A stretch of 64,000 nt of DNA from Patescibacteria group bacterium (GCA_028865095.1 JAGWLA010000002.1:49319-113318), one strand, 5' to 3'; positions 1 to 9,956 are shown, counted from the first letter of the stretch. Made by a program: numbers and translations. Notes: a model not told the origin generated them from the letters alone.

Positions 1-187
1 CGCAATCAAGCGACAGGGAAGGTCCCTATAGAGATAGACCATATCGACGGCGATTCGGAGAACAGTAGCGAGAAGAATCTGAGGTTGATATGTCCGAATT
101 GCCATTCTCTGACACTGAATTTCAGGGGCTTGAATATGGGATATGGAAGAAAATGGAGAAAATGACAGCTCTGATCAAGAATGATCT

Positions 188-874
188 CTATTTTCCTGAG
201 CTGTTGCCCGTGCTCGTCGCAGCCGTGCTCGAGGCCATGGTCGCCAGCTCCGGCATAAGCTTCTCCACGTCAGCGAGCGGCTTCAGGCCGTAGACGGGCT
301 TGTTGTGGACGACCAGGGCCGGCAGCCGGTCCTTCACGCCGTATATGCTCTCCAGCGTCTTGACCGCCGAGACGCTCCCGTTATAGTCGAACGAATAGAC
401 GCGCACCTCCGGGTAGTCCTGGCGCAGGGCGGTCAGCACGGCCCCCATGTCGGAGCAGTCGGGGCAGTCGCCGGCGTTCGAATAGAAATAGAGCACGAAG
501 ACGGGCTTCAGGCCGCATTTCTCGGTCATGTTCTGCATCAGGATGAAGTCCTTGATCTCGAGCAGGGCGTATTCCTGCTTGAGGGATATGACCTGGGCGT
601 CGCCGGAGCCGCGGGCGCTCTCGAGGTACGAGACCTGCTCGCCGAGGGTGTCGAGCTCCTGGGAGAGGGAGGAATTGCCGAGGTCGTCGCACGGCGTCTC
701 TTTGAGCAGGTCGAACTGCGTCTCCGACGACAGGATGTTCATGGATATGCTGTCCTGGATGGAGCGGATCTCGCTCACCCGCTGGTTGTCGAAGTAATTG
801 CTGACCAGGGTGATGCCGACGAATATGAGGGCGGTGATGACGAATGCCCAGAGGTATTTGCGGTAAGGGGACAT
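188..874 (-). CDS. membrane-anchored thioredoxin-fold protein with CxxC (CPDC) motif
   Basis: N-terminal single TM helix (LWAFVITALIFVGITLV). C-terminal region carries CPDC in a thioredoxin-like context (FVLYFYSNAGDCPDCSDMG...VYSFDYNGS). No closer family assignment possible by eye. Confidence 0.5.
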   Translation of the reverse strand: MSPYRKYLWAFVITALIFVGITLVSNYFDNQRVSEIRSIQDSISMNILSSETQFDLLKETPCDDLGNSSLSQELDTLGEQVSYLESARGSGDAQVISLKQEYALLEIKDFILMQNMTEKCGLKPVFVLYFYSNAGDCPDCSDMGAVLTALRQDYPEVRVYSFDYNGSVSAVKTLESIYGVKDRLPALVVHNKPVYGLKPLADVEKLMPELATMASSTAATSTGNSSGK

Positions 875-900
875 GAAGAGACACTAGCACATCGTCTCGG

Positions 901-2196
901 TCACCTCCAGCTGCCCACGTTCCGCGTCAATGCGCGGCCCCAGGAGATGGCCACCCAGACGGGGGCGATGAAGCCGTAGAAAATGGTGTAATACGCCATG
1001 TCCCGGGACGGCTTCCATGAGCCGGTGGCCATGCGCTTGCCGAAGAAGAGGAACGCCAGGGCCAGGACGACCAGCGCGAAGGTCAGCAGCCGGACGACCG
1101 TGGTGTCGATGAAGAACGGCTGGAACGACGGCCACTGCCAATGCCACTGCCAGCCCACCAGATACCAGCGGGAAAGGCTGTCCGCCGTGGTGGTGGCCGC
1201 GTCGACCGCGGCATAGCCGGCGAAGAAAAGGACGGTCACCAGCGATATGACGCCCGCCGGCAAGGTGAACGTGCCGATCTGGCCGTGCTTCCGGCTGAAG
1301 AACAGGCGGCGGTAGTCGCGGACGTTGAGCAGGAAGCCCGTCGTCCAGCGCACCCGCTGCTTGACCAGGGCACGCACCGTGGCGGGCGGGGTCGTATAGA
1401 CGTAGGCGTGCTCGGCGTTCTCGATGACGCAGTTGTGGCTGTGGAGGCGCAGAGCCATCTCCAGGTCCTCGGTGTTGTAGGCGCTCTTGAACGGCCCCAC
1501 CTGCTCGAAGACCGACCGGCGGAAGAGCGAGAACGGACCCGGGGTGACGTGGATGGCGTTGAAGACGCTGTACATCTTGCGCAGGAATATGCCGATGTTG
1601 TATTCGGCGTATTGGATATGCTCGAGGACGGTCTGCGGGGCCCGCACCTTGATGGCCGGGGTCACGGCCATGACGCGCGGGTCGGCGAAGAGGGGCGCCA
1701 TGCGGCTCAAAGCTTCGGCGTGGACGAACGAGTCGGCGTCGAGGCAGCCGATGATGTCGCTCCGGCTCTCGGCGATGCCGAGGTTCATGGCCGTATGCTT
1801 GCCGCCGTTCTCCTTGCGGAATATCCTGACCTGCGGGTCGGCCGCGTAGCGCTCGAGATACGACCAGGTGTCGTCGGTCGACCCGTCGTCGACCGCCAGG
1901 ATGGACAGCTTGTCGGCCGGGTAGCGGAGCCGCTTCAAGGACTCGATGGTGCCGACGACCGTGGCCTGCTCGTTGAAGCAGGGCACGATGATGGAGACCG
2001 TGGGCACGCTCTCGGCCTCCTTTCTCCCTTCTCCTATCTCCTTGCTCCTTCCTCCTTGCTCCTTCCTCCTTGCTCCCTTCTCCTTGCTCCTAAAAAGCGC
2101 CTCCCGGTGCTCGAAAAGGGTGATGATCAGGAAGACCTGTATGTAGAGGGAGACGAAGAGGAACGCCTCCATCACGATCGAGAAGACGGGGTTCAC
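901..2196 (-). CDS. family 2 glycosyltransferase, polytopic membrane (processive GT2-like)
   Basis: GT2 motifs: VSIIVPCFNEQ, ILAVDDGSTDDT, DADSF, QRVRWTTG-like QxxRW. TM helices flank the catalytic domain. N-terminus has a Lys/Glu/Gly-rich low-complexity stretch encoded by a DNA tandem repeat at 2030-2095. True start may be the internal Met at 2172. Confidence 0.7.
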   Translation of the reverse strand: MNPVFSIVMEAFLFVSLYIQVFLIITLFEHREALFRSKEKGARRKEQGGRSKEIGEGRKEAESVPTVSIIVPCFNEQATVVGTIESLKRLRYPADKLSILAVDDGSTDDTWSYLERYAADPQVRIFRKENGGKHTAMNLGIAESRSDIIGCLDADSFVHAEALSRMAPLFADPRVMAVTPAIKVRAPQTVLEHIQYAEYNIGIFLRKMYSVFNAIHVTPGPFSLFRRSVFEQVGPFKSAYNTEDLEMALRLHSHNCVIENAEHAYVYTTPPATVRALVKQRVRWTTGFLLNVRDYRRLFFSRKHGQIGTFTLPAGVISLVTVLFFAGYAAVDAATTTADSLSRWYLVGWQWHWQWPSFQPFFIDTTVVRLLTFALVVLALAFLFFGKRMATGSWKPSRDMAYYTIFYGFIAPVWVAISWGRALTRNVGSWR

Positions 2197-2252
2197 CGGC
2201 TCAGTATATGATTTTTCGCCGTTTTTTGCTAGAGTGGGGGCATCGCACCGCC

Positions 2253-3395
2253 ATGGGCAGGAAGATAACCATCACCGATACGACCGAGAAAGAGATGCTG
2301 GCTCTCCTCGAGACGAGGGCCGATTTCAAGAGCCTGCGCATGAAGCGCCTCTTGGCTTTGCCCGACCTGACCAAGAAGGAGCATTCGCCGGTCAAGATCC
2401 TCTTCGACGCCGTCATGCGCCTGCCGCGCTTCAAGGACTTCGACATCGTGGATTTCCCGCGCATCGTCACCGTGGAGCAGGATTTCGACCTCCTGAACAC
2501 GCCCAAGGACCACCCGAGCCGCCGGGAGACCGACACCTATTACGTCACCGACCGGTACGTCCTGCGCACCCAGATGACCGCCTTCTGGTCCTTCTATCTC
2601 AAGGACCCCGAAGTCCTGAAGCGCCTCGAGGCCGAAGGGCAGGTGGCCGCCCTCGCTCCCGGCATCGTCTACCGCAAGGACGAGATCGACCGGCACCACT
2701 TCCCGGCCTTCCATCAGATCGACGGCCTGCTCATATGCAAGAGATCAAAGAGAGCCATCACCCAGGACGACCTCAAAGAGGTCCAGGCCGACCTGGCCAA
2801 GGGCATATTCGGCCCTGACATCCAGTACAAGTTCCTGGATGACGACTTCCCGTACACGGTCCAGAGCCTGGAGATGGACATCATGTTCAACGGCGGCTGG
2901 ATGGAGGTGAACGGCGCCGGCCTGGTCAACCCGGTCGTCCTTCGCAACTTCGGCCTCGACCCGGAGATCTATAACGGCTGGGCCTTCGGCTTCGGCGAGC
3001 GCCTGGCCATGATCAAGATGGGCATCCCCGACATCCGCATCCTCTGGTCCGACGACCCGCGCATCACCAGCCAGTTCAAAGACATCGATTCGAAGTTCAA
3101 GGAGGTCAGCCGGTATCCGGCCATCGTCCGCGACATCTCCTTCGTGGTGGACGCGAGCATGGCCCTCAACAACTATTTCGAGATCGTCCGCGAATGCGCC
3201 GGCGACCTCATCGAGGAAGTGAAGCTGGTCGACGAGTATGAGAACGCCGCGAAGTTCGGCGCAGGGAAGAAGAGCTACACTTTCCGCATCACCTACCGCT
3301 CATTCGAGCGCACTCTGACCAACGAGGAGGTCAACGCCATCCACGAGAAGATCCGGGAGAAGACGGCGAGCGAGCTGAAGGCCGCCGTCCGCTAA
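2253..3395 (+). CDS. pheS: phenylalanine--tRNA ligase, monomeric (mitochondrial-like) architecture: PheS-type class II catalytic domain fused to a C-terminal FDX-ACB anticodon-binding domain
   Basis: PheS motif 1 (DHPSRRETDTYYV), motif 2 region (FHQIDGL) and motif 3 (GWAFGFGERLAMIKMGIPDIRILWSDD). The C-terminal 95 aa (RDISFVVDAS...KKSYTFRITYRSFERTLTNEEVNAIHEKIRE...ELKAAVR) matches the ferredoxin-fold anticodon-binding domain normally found at the C-terminus of PheT. Start chosen at MGRKITIT because the listed ORF start at 2208 would leave only 11 bp to the divergent GT2 gene. Confidence 0.7.
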   Translation: MGRKITITDTTEKEMLALLETRADFKSLRMKRLLALPDLTKKEHSPVKILFDAVMRLPRFKDFDIVDFPRIVTVEQDFDLLNTPKDHPSRRETDTYYVTDRYVLRTQMTAFWSFYLKDPEVLKRLEAEGQVAALAPGIVYRKDEIDRHHFPAFHQIDGLLICKRSKRAITQDDLKEVQADLAKGIFGPDIQYKFLDDDFPYTVQSLEMDIMFNGGWMEVNGAGLVNPVVLRNFGLDPEIYNGWAFGFGERLAMIKMGIPDIRILWSDDPRITSQFKDIDSKFKEVSRYPAIVRDISFVVDASMALNNYFEIVRECAGDLIEEVKLVDEYENAAKFGAGKKSYTFRITYRSFERTLTNEEVNAIHEKIREKTASELKAAVR

Positions 3396-3409
3396 GCCAT
3401 CGCATATAT

Positions 3410-4249
3410 ATGGAACCCCACGCACATCATCGAGAGACGGCGCCGGATGCGGCCCCGAAGGAAGCCGGCCGGCCGATCGACCTCGCGGCCCTCAAGCGCC
3501 AAGCCTGGCAGGACACGGTCCATGAGCTCCGGGACCTGGTCTTCTCCAAAGACGCGGCGTACGAAGCCGACGCGGCCGTCAGCCGGAAGATCGACGAGAA
3601 CAGCCGGTTCACGCCGGGCTTCCTGGCCCTTCTGGCAGGCGCGTCGGTGGTCTGCACCCTCGGCCTCCTCATGAACTCGTCCGCCGTCATCATCGGCGGC
3701 ATGATCATATCGCCCATCATGTGGCCGCTCATCAAAGCGGCGTTCGGCGTGTCCTTCGAGAACCTGTCGTACATATGGCGGGCGGCGGCCATCCTCGCCT
3801 TCAGCGTCATCTTGGCCGTGCTGGCGTCGGCGGCGATCACCCTTCTGTCGCCGATCCATGCCCTCGACGCCGAGATACTGGCGCGGACCCACCCGACCTT
3901 CCTCGACATCGTCGTCGCCCTGGTGGCCGGCTTCGTGGCGGCCCTCGGCATGATCAAGCCCCGCATATCGGAGAATCTCGCCGGGGTGGCCATCGCCGTC
4001 TCCCTCATGCCGCCCCTCTGCGTGGCCGGCATCGGCATCGCTTTGGTCAACGGCGCCGTGTCGCTGGCCGGCCTCTATCTGTTCCTGGAGAACGCCGTGG
4101 CCATCATATTCGTCGCCACGCTGGTCTTCGCCTATTATTCGCGGGTCACTAAGCGCATGAGCGTCTGGCGCCGCCGCTCCATCATCGCTTTGGCGATCGT
4201 CCTGGCCATCGTCTCGATCCCCGGCATCGTGTCTCTGTATCACGGGTAG
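3410..4249 (+). CDS. DUF389-family integral membrane protein
   Basis: Soluble N-terminal 60 aa followed by several hydrophobic helices (GFLALLAGASVVCTLGLLMNSSAVIIGGMIISPIMWPLIKAAFG...), typical of DUF389/TIGR00341 proteins. Confidence 0.45.
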   Translation: MEPHAHHRETAPDAAPKEAGRPIDLAALKRQAWQDTVHELRDLVFSKDAAYEADAAVSRKIDENSRFTPGFLALLAGASVVCTLGLLMNSSAVIIGGMIISPIMWPLIKAAFGVSFENLSYIWRAAAILAFSVILAVLASAAITLLSPIHALDAEILARTHPTFLDIVVALVAGFVAALGMIKPRISENLAGVAIAVSLMPPLCVAGIGIALVNGAVSLAGLYLFLENAVAIIFVATLVFAYYSRVTKRMSVWRRRSIIALAIVLAIVSIPGIVSLYHG

Positions 4250-4345
4250 GCGCGGAAGCGCATCGCCTGCGGCCTCGTCCGATAGGGGATGGAAAATAAA
4301 ACACCCGTCCAGATCTCTCTGAACGGGCTCGGGTGACGAAGGGCT

Positions 4346-6205
4346 TTACTTTTGAGGGGCTGCAGGCGTCGTATCGGTATCCATGCCTGGTCCCGTCGCG
4401 CGATCGGCAGTCTGCTTGAGAAGCATATTAGCCAGAAGGACATCGACGATCGTGCCGCCGCCTTGGCCATCCCTGGAACCGCTTCCCACTGTGATGCTCG
4501 GTACGATTGGAACCCTGCTGTTGCTCAAAGATTGAGCGACTTGAACGGCGGCATAGTTGCCGGCTTCCATGGATCTGATCTTCAGCTGGATGACGTCCGC
4601 TTCGGCAGTGCCGACAGCTTTGGTCTTCGCCGCCTCAGCTTCGCCGACGGTCTTGACGACCATCGCGTCGGCGGCTGCCTGGACCTTTTTTGCTTCGGCT
4701 AGGCCGCCGGCCTGCTTTATCGCGGCTTGAGCCTGGAAGTCGGCGATCGAGACGCTGCGCTCGGCGTTGACGACAGTGGCCTGCGTCTCTGCCATAGCAG
4801 TGGCTTGTTGGAGATCCTTGCGGGTCTCTTGGGCCAGTCTTTGCGTCTCGAACGTGACTTTCTCCTGTTCAGCCAGCTTCCGGTCCGTCAAGGTCTTCAT
4901 GAGCGATTCCGGCGGGACGATGTCCCCGATCAGGGTATCGACTGCGCCGACGTTGTATTCTTGAAGGGCTGACGAAATGGCGGTCTTCGCTTCTTTTTGG
5001 CGTTCCTGCCGTTTTTTAAGGAAGTCGATGACATCGGAATTCTGAGCCGCATTGCGGAAGTAATTTCCGATTGTCGGCTCCAATACTTGGCTGACCAGAT
5101 TCTCCACGCTGCCGAAGCGGGCGATGACCCTAGGGGCATCGTTCCGCGGTATGTGGATGATCTGGCTCACGTCCAAGTTGAAGGTGAACCCATCCGACGA
5201 ACGGACCTTGATGGTGCACAGATTCGCATCGAGCTTATGTGCCTCGCTCTTGCCGTCTGCCCAATTAAGGACGACGTTAGCCGTCGGCACGCTGACCACG
5301 TTGTGAGTGTAAGGGTTTATCGGATATTTGCCGGGGTCTAAGACCTCGACCCAAACGCCCTTTTGGCCTTTGCTCACCAAGTTCCCATGTTTGAAGCCGT
5401 CGCCGGTCGTGTCGATGCCGGTGGCTCCTACATAAGCGATGACGACGCCTACGTGGGCTATCGGCACCTCGGTCATCGGCTTGATCTCGATCGTGGCGAA
5501 TCGCGGATTGATGTAATACTGGCCGGCCACAAGCACCTGTTCTTGCAGGCCTTTGTAGCCGCCATGCTCGATGAAGGATTCCCCGTCCTGGAATGTATTA
5601 TGCTCGGGGACTTCCTTGCCGGCGATCTCGCCGGTGGGCAGCGGCTTGCCGTCCTGGGTGGTGACGATGCCGATGGCATTGTCACTGATCTGGGTGGTCA
5701 ACGCCGCGCTGACCTCGAAGAATGCGGTATTGATGCGGTAGGTCCCTGGCGGGATGATGGCGATCTGGGGCCCGCGCTCCCCGCCGCCTTCGAGGAACAT
5801 TCGCACGTTTTGGAACGAGTCGCATTTGACCGTCTTGGCCAAGATGCGGCCATTTGCGAGCGGCTTGCCGCCGCGCGCCTCGACCACGCCTATGTGGCCT
5901 TGTTCGATCGAGATGAATTGCTGGAGCTGGATGCTGAATTGCCACGGCCAGAACCAGAAATGCACGCCGGGAGGCAGCGTATCTGCTTGGATGCCCGCTT
6001 CGCCCTTCAAGGCGATGATCTCACCGTCCGGGAGTGTCCGGTTCGCTCCGAATAGGGCGAATTTCTTATTGACGATGCCGATGGCGTTCTTCGGGATGAA
6101 GATGACGCCGAAGATCCGAAGAAGGATCTTGTAACAGAGGATCGCAATGACGATCGCTGCGACCGGGATGCCGATGGCTATAAGACTGCTCAATGATGCT
6201 GTCAT
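4346..6205 (-). CDS. SPFH/band-7 flotillin-like membrane protein
   Basis: N-terminal TM anchor (MTASLSSLIAIGIPVAAIVIAILCYKILL), SPFH-like core, long Ala/Gln/Glu-rich C-terminal coiled-coil region (flotillin-like). Start placed at the internal Met (6205) preceded by AGGAAA. The longer listed ORF (to 6343) runs into the promoter region of the divergent gene. Confidence 0.6.
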   Translation of the reverse strand: MTASLSSLIAIGIPVAAIVIAILCYKILLRIFGVIFIPKNAIGIVNKKFALFGANRTLPDGEIIALKGEAGIQADTLPPGVHFWFWPWQFSIQLQQFISIEQGHIGVVEARGGKPLANGRILAKTVKCDSFQNVRMFLEGGGERGPQIAIIPPGTYRINTAFFEVSAALTTQISDNAIGIVTTQDGKPLPTGEIAGKEVPEHNTFQDGESFIEHGGYKGLQEQVLVAGQYYINPRFATIEIKPMTEVPIAHVGVVIAYVGATGIDTTGDGFKHGNLVSKGQKGVWVEVLDPGKYPINPYTHNVVSVPTANVVLNWADGKSEAHKLDANLCTIKVRSSDGFTFNLDVSQIIHIPRNDAPRVIARFGSVENLVSQVLEPTIGNYFRNAAQNSDVIDFLKKRQERQKEAKTAISSALQEYNVGAVDTLIGDIVPPESLMKTLTDRKLAEQEKVTFETQRLAQETRKDLQQATAMAETQATVVNAERSVSIADFQAQAAIKQAGGLAEAKKVQAAADAMVVKTVGEAEAAKTKAVGTAEADVIQLKIRSMEAGNYAAVQVAQSLSNSRVPIVPSITVGSGSRDGQGGGTIVDVLLANMLLKQTADRATGPGMDTDTTPAAPQK

Positions 6206-6336
6206 AGACTGATTTCCTGCGCTTTCTAGTTTTGTTGTTGTCAAGGAACCTGGCTCGAGGCGTCTGCCTCGAAGATGACCTGTTTCCTTGCCTGAATTAA
6301 GAATAACACGATTATTTATCAAGGTCAATATATGTA

Positions 6337-6365
6337 TTGACAATGCTCATACCGCGTGCTAATTT
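6337..6365 (+). promoter_or_regulatory. sigma70-like promoter (TTGACA-17 nt-TAATTT) upstream of CDS 6416
   Basis: TTGACA at 6337-6342, 17-nt spacer, TAATTT at 6360-6365. A GAAAGGAA Shine-Dalgarno sits about 8 nt before the ATG at 6416. Confidence 0.45.
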
Positions 6366-6415
6366 CACATCCAGGTCAGTCAAACAGCAAATGAACATTA
6401 CGAAAGGAATATGCT

Positions 6416-7291
6416 ATGAAAAAACTCTTTAGCTCGCTCTTCTCCGGCTTTAACGATCCGGTCAAAAGCGGCAAGGTCGCCACGGGCGAGCGCCCAGCGA
6501 CGCTCTCGTGCCTCAAAAACCCACCGCCCGCTCACGCCGAGCATCCTCGTCAACGGGACGAAAACCGTGAAGTCCGACCGGAGCCACCCGTCGCTATCCC
6601 GGCTGTGCCGGCGACTGAGAGCCCTTACGAGAAGGGTCTCGACGATTGGTGGGACATACTCGAGAACGAGTCTGCTAGCCATATCGATCACGCCAAGGCG
6701 TTCGAAGAGGTCTTGAAGAGCTCGAATGATCTTGGTGACTTCGGCAGGCTCTATGACGCCGTGGGCTCAAGGGATCCCTTACTCCCAGCGCTGATGAGCA
6801 AGCTCGGCGCTTTCAAAGCTAGCTTCAGCGAATGGGCAGATGCTTACGAGGGCAGAGACCACAGAGATGATTACTCGGATCTTCTTCTCGAACGGTCCAT
6901 GAGCTTGGCGAAGTCTCCTGGTGAATGGCTCTCTCTTTGGGAGAAAGCCGAGAATTCACATGATGAGGACCTTGGGAAGGTCACAGAGGCGCTTGATAAG
7001 CTCGAGTGGACCAAAGAGCAGTGGGGCGAGCTCCGCAGCAGCTCCGACGCGGATTCCGAGCCGGAGACGCTTGCCACCCGCAAGCTGGTGCAATTCTGCG
7101 AGACGGCCCCCGATGTTGTCTCTTTCTACCTCGAATATGTCGAAAATTGGAATGAGAGCAACGAAGCCGACGAAGCGATCTTCAAAAGGCTGTTCTCGCT
7201 CGCGACGCGCCAAGAAGCCCGTATCATCTCCGCGCTTGCTGACGACAATGACGCCTTGCGCGAAGCCGCTGATGAGTTCCTCAAGTCTTGA
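6416..7291 (+). CDS. hypothetical acidic protein (no recognisable domain)
   Basis: Clean ORF with promoter and SD upstream and an intrinsic terminator downstream. Asp/Glu-rich, Trp-containing repeats (WWDILENE, WADAYEG, EWLSLWEKAE). Confidence 0.4.
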   Translation: MKKLFSSLFSGFNDPVKSGKVATGERPATLSCLKNPPPAHAEHPRQRDENREVRPEPPVAIPAVPATESPYEKGLDDWWDILENESASHIDHAKAFEEVLKSSNDLGDFGRLYDAVGSRDPLLPALMSKLGAFKASFSEWADAYEGRDHRDDYSDLLLERSMSLAKSPGEWLSLWEKAENSHDEDLGKVTEALDKLEWTKEQWGELRSSSDADSEPETLATRKLVQFCETAPDVVSFYLEYVENWNESNEADEAIFKRLFSLATRQEARIISALADDNDALREAADEFLKS

Positions 7292-7314
7292 TTCCATCCC
7301 AAAAATCTCTCAAA

Positions 7315-7343
7315 CCCCGTGCAAAAGCGCGGGGTGTTTTTTA
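7315..7343 (+). terminator. rho-independent terminator
   Basis: CCCCGTGC-AAAA-GCGCGGGG hairpin followed by TGTTTTTT immediately after the stop of CDS 6416-7291. Confidence 0.6.
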
Positions 7344-7410
7344 TCCGGCAGCCGTCTTATAGAAAGATTCGCTGACACAGATGCGATGAGAACTTCCCAA
7401 CGAGCCTCAA

Positions 7411-8988
7411 ATGCCGTACTGTGTAGCATCCATGGCCAATACCCAGAAATCAGCCAGGCCGGACTTCTCCGGCGACACCATCATCCGTTTCGAGGACGTC
7501 TCATACGAATGGGGCCACAACAAGCCTATCCTCGACGAGGCGTCCTTCAGCGTGCGCCGCGGCACCAAGATCACTCTCATGGGCCAGAACGGCGCGGGCA
7601 AGAGCACGATCTTCGGGCTCATCCTGGGCGAGAATCGGCCCGAGAGCGGCGAGGTCCACGTCACGAAGGGCGCGACCATCGCCACGGCCCGCCAGGTCAT
7701 ACCCCGCGGCCAGATGGAGCTGCCCGTCCGCGAATTCTTCGCCGCATGCTTCAAGGAGAAAGTCTATGACCTGGATCCACGGATCGATTCTGTCCTGGAG
7801 GTGGTGAATCTGCATGCGCATAAGACCGCAGAAGACATAAAAGACAGGGCCCTCAAGAGCTTCTCCGGCGGCCAGCAGGCGCGCCTGCTCCTGGCGAGCG
7901 CCCTCATCCAGGATCCGGACATCCTGCTTCTGGACGAGCCGACGAACAACCTCGACGCCGCCGGCATCGAGCACCTGACGCGCTTCCTGGTCGAGTACCG
8001 GAAGACCTGCCTGGTCATCTCTCACGACGCGGACTTCCTGAACGCCTTCACCCACGGCGTCTTGTATCTGGACGTCCACACCCGCAAAGTCGAGCAATAT
8101 GTGGGCGACTACAAGGACGTGGTGGACCAGATCTCGGCCCGCATCGAGAAGGAGAACATGGCCAACGCCCGCCTGCAGAAGGAGATCGACGCCAAGAAGT
8201 ACCAGGCCGGCGTCTTCGCCCAGAAAGGCGGCGGCATGCGCCTGGTGGCCAAGCGGATGCGCGAGAAAGCAGAGGAGCTGGAGGAGGATATCGTCGAGGT
8301 GAGGAAGGAGGACAAGACGATCAAGGACTTCCGCATCCCGGCCCAGCCGGAGCTGGTCGGCGAGGTGATATCGATCTCGTCATACAGCATGATCAGCCCG
8401 AAGACGCACAAGCCGGTGAATCATGCCTGCCACATCAAGCTGCGCAAGAAGCAGCACCTGCTCATCTCGGGGCCGAACGGCATAGGGAAGTCGACGCTTT
8501 TGGAGCACATTGTGACAGAAGGAGAAAGGAGCGAGGAGAAAGGAGATGCGATGTCCCATGCTCCTTCCTCCATCCTCCTTTCTCCTTCCGTTCGCGTGGG
8601 CTATTACCGCCAGGACTTCTCGATGATGGATTTCAACGACACGGTCTATGAGTCGTTGGACAAGATCGCCAAGGCGAGCCGGATGCCGGTCTCGGAGACG
8701 GAGCTGCGCGCCACGTCGGCGAGCTTCCTGATCGGCGCCGACGCCATCCATACCCGCATCGGCTCGCTGTCGGAAGGGCAGAAGGGCCTCGTCGCCTTCG
8801 CCCGCCTGGTCTTGCAGAAGCCCGGCCTCCTCATCCTCGACGAGCCCACCAACCACATCAATTTCCGCCACCTGCCCGTCATCGCCCGCGCCCTCGACGC
8901 CTATGAAGGCGCCATGATCCTGGTCTCCCACGTGCCCGAGTTCGTGAAGCAGATTCGCATAGATGAGGTGCTGGAGATGGGGAAATAA
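7411..8988 (+). CDS. ABC-F family ATPase (tandem ABC domains, EttA/Uup-like)
   Basis: Two Walker A motifs (GQNGAGKST, GPNGIGKST), two ABC signatures (SGGQQARLLLA, SEGQKGLVAFA), two Walker B motifs (LLLDEPTNNLD, LILDEPTNHIN). Charged inter-domain linker and no TM domain. A low-complexity insertion lies inside domain 2. Confidence 0.8.
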   Translation: MPYCVASMANTQKSARPDFSGDTIIRFEDVSYEWGHNKPILDEASFSVRRGTKITLMGQNGAGKSTIFGLILGENRPESGEVHVTKGATIATARQVIPRGQMELPVREFFAACFKEKVYDLDPRIDSVLEVVNLHAHKTAEDIKDRALKSFSGGQQARLLLASALIQDPDILLLDEPTNNLDAAGIEHLTRFLVEYRKTCLVISHDADFLNAFTHGVLYLDVHTRKVEQYVGDYKDVVDQISARIEKENMANARLQKEIDAKKYQAGVFAQKGGGMRLVAKRMREKAEELEEDIVEVRKEDKTIKDFRIPAQPELVGEVISISSYSMISPKTHKPVNHACHIKLRKKQHLLISGPNGIGKSTLLEHIVTEGERSEEKGDAMSHAPSSILLSPSVRVGYYRQDFSMMDFNDTVYESLDKIAKASRMPVSETELRATSASFLIGADAIHTRIGSLSEGQKGLVAFARLVLQKPGLLILDEPTNHINFRHLPVIARALDAYEGAMILVSHVPEFVKQIRIDEVLEMGK

Positions 8989-9016
8989 AAAAGCGGCCCG
9001 CATTGCGAGCCGCTAT
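8989..9016. terminator. putative bidirectional terminator hairpin between convergent genes
   Basis: AAAAAAGCGGCCCGCATTGCGAGCCGCTATAGTT between the ABC-F stop (8988) and the GNAT stop (9020). Confidence 0.3.
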
Positions 9017-9019
9017 AGT

Positions 9020-9592
9020 TCACCCTTTCCGCCACTTCTCCCAACACTTCAGCCAGTCGCTCCGGAATAGCCCCAGAATGATCTCGTCCCAATACCGGCC
9101 GCCGACGAAATGCTGGCGCCGCAGCCGGCCCTCGACCTTGTAGCCGCAATGCAGGCTGTAGGCCAGGCTGCGGGCATTGAAGGCGATGACCCTGGACATG
9201 ATCTTGCGCAGGTTGAGGGTATTGAAGGCATAGTCGAGGAGGGCCATCTTGGCATCAGTGCCATAGCCCTTGCCCCAATACTGCTTCTCGCCGATCAAGG
9301 CCCCGGTGGTGGCGGTGCGGTCCTTCCAATCGATGCCGTGGATGCCCATACTGCCTATTGGGCGGCCTTTGACCTCTATGATGAGGATGATGTCTTTGTC
9401 GTTCTTCTTGCTTCTGCTCTCCAGCCACTCCCGCTCGGCGCCCATGGTCATGGGGAATATGTTCTTGATGAACACCCTGACCTCCGGATCGTTGATCCAC
9501 TTCTGACAGAGAGGCAGGTCGCTCTCGGAGAGGGGGCGGAGAATGGTCTTCCGACCGCGCAGGAATACGGGCGTTTCAGTTTTCTTTTTCAT
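9020..9592 (-). CDS. GNAT family N-acetyltransferase (RimJ/RimL-like)
   Basis: Acetyl-CoA-binding motif region (IGSMGIHGIDWKDRTATTGALIGEKQYWGKGYGTDA) and typical length (190 aa). Confidence 0.7.
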   Translation of the reverse strand: MKKKTETPVFLRGRKTILRPLSESDLPLCQKWINDPEVRVFIKNIFPMTMGAEREWLESRSKKNDKDIILIIEVKGRPIGSMGIHGIDWKDRTATTGALIGEKQYWGKGYGTDAKMALLDYAFNTLNLRKIMSRVIAFNARSLAYSLHCGYKVEGRLRRQHFVGGRYWDEIILGLFRSDWLKCWEKWRKG

Positions 9593-9956
9593 ATGTTTTC
9601 AATGTTCTATTGTTGTTATCTATCCACTGGATGCGGGACAAAAAATCCCGGCTTTCGTCCAGTCGGGATGTTTCGGGGAAGCGTAAGGAGGTTGAGCTCT
9701 ATAGCATATGAGAAACATCGCGACTGTCCGCAAGCGCGCCCTTGTAGGCGAGCACGAAGTTGGAACCGCGCTCGAAGTGCGGCATCCAAGCGGTCATGAT
9801 GTTGTTCTTATGCTCTCGTTGCATAACGATAATACGGTACTACGAGAGGGGAGGTGGTGTCAAGGAGAATGGCGCGAATACTTGACTTGATAATCGGAAT
9901 CCATGGTAAAATATAGGTAAGTCAAACCGACCCCAATCCAAAAATCTTGTCTGAGG

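Noticed and set aside
305-979. Long ORFs antisense to or overlapping real genes in the first kb (305-979 plus strand, 381-890 minus strand, 1141-2211 plus strand)
   Set aside because: They are shadow ORFs of the thioredoxin-like and GT2 genes in a high-GC region. Their translations are Arg/Ala/Gly/Pro-rich low-complexity sequence with no motifs.
3392-4243. 283-aa minus-strand ORF and other frames overlapping the DUF389 gene
   Set aside because: Antisense to a clear membrane-protein gene; highly charged Arg/Asp/Gly-rich translation typical of GC-rich antisense frames.
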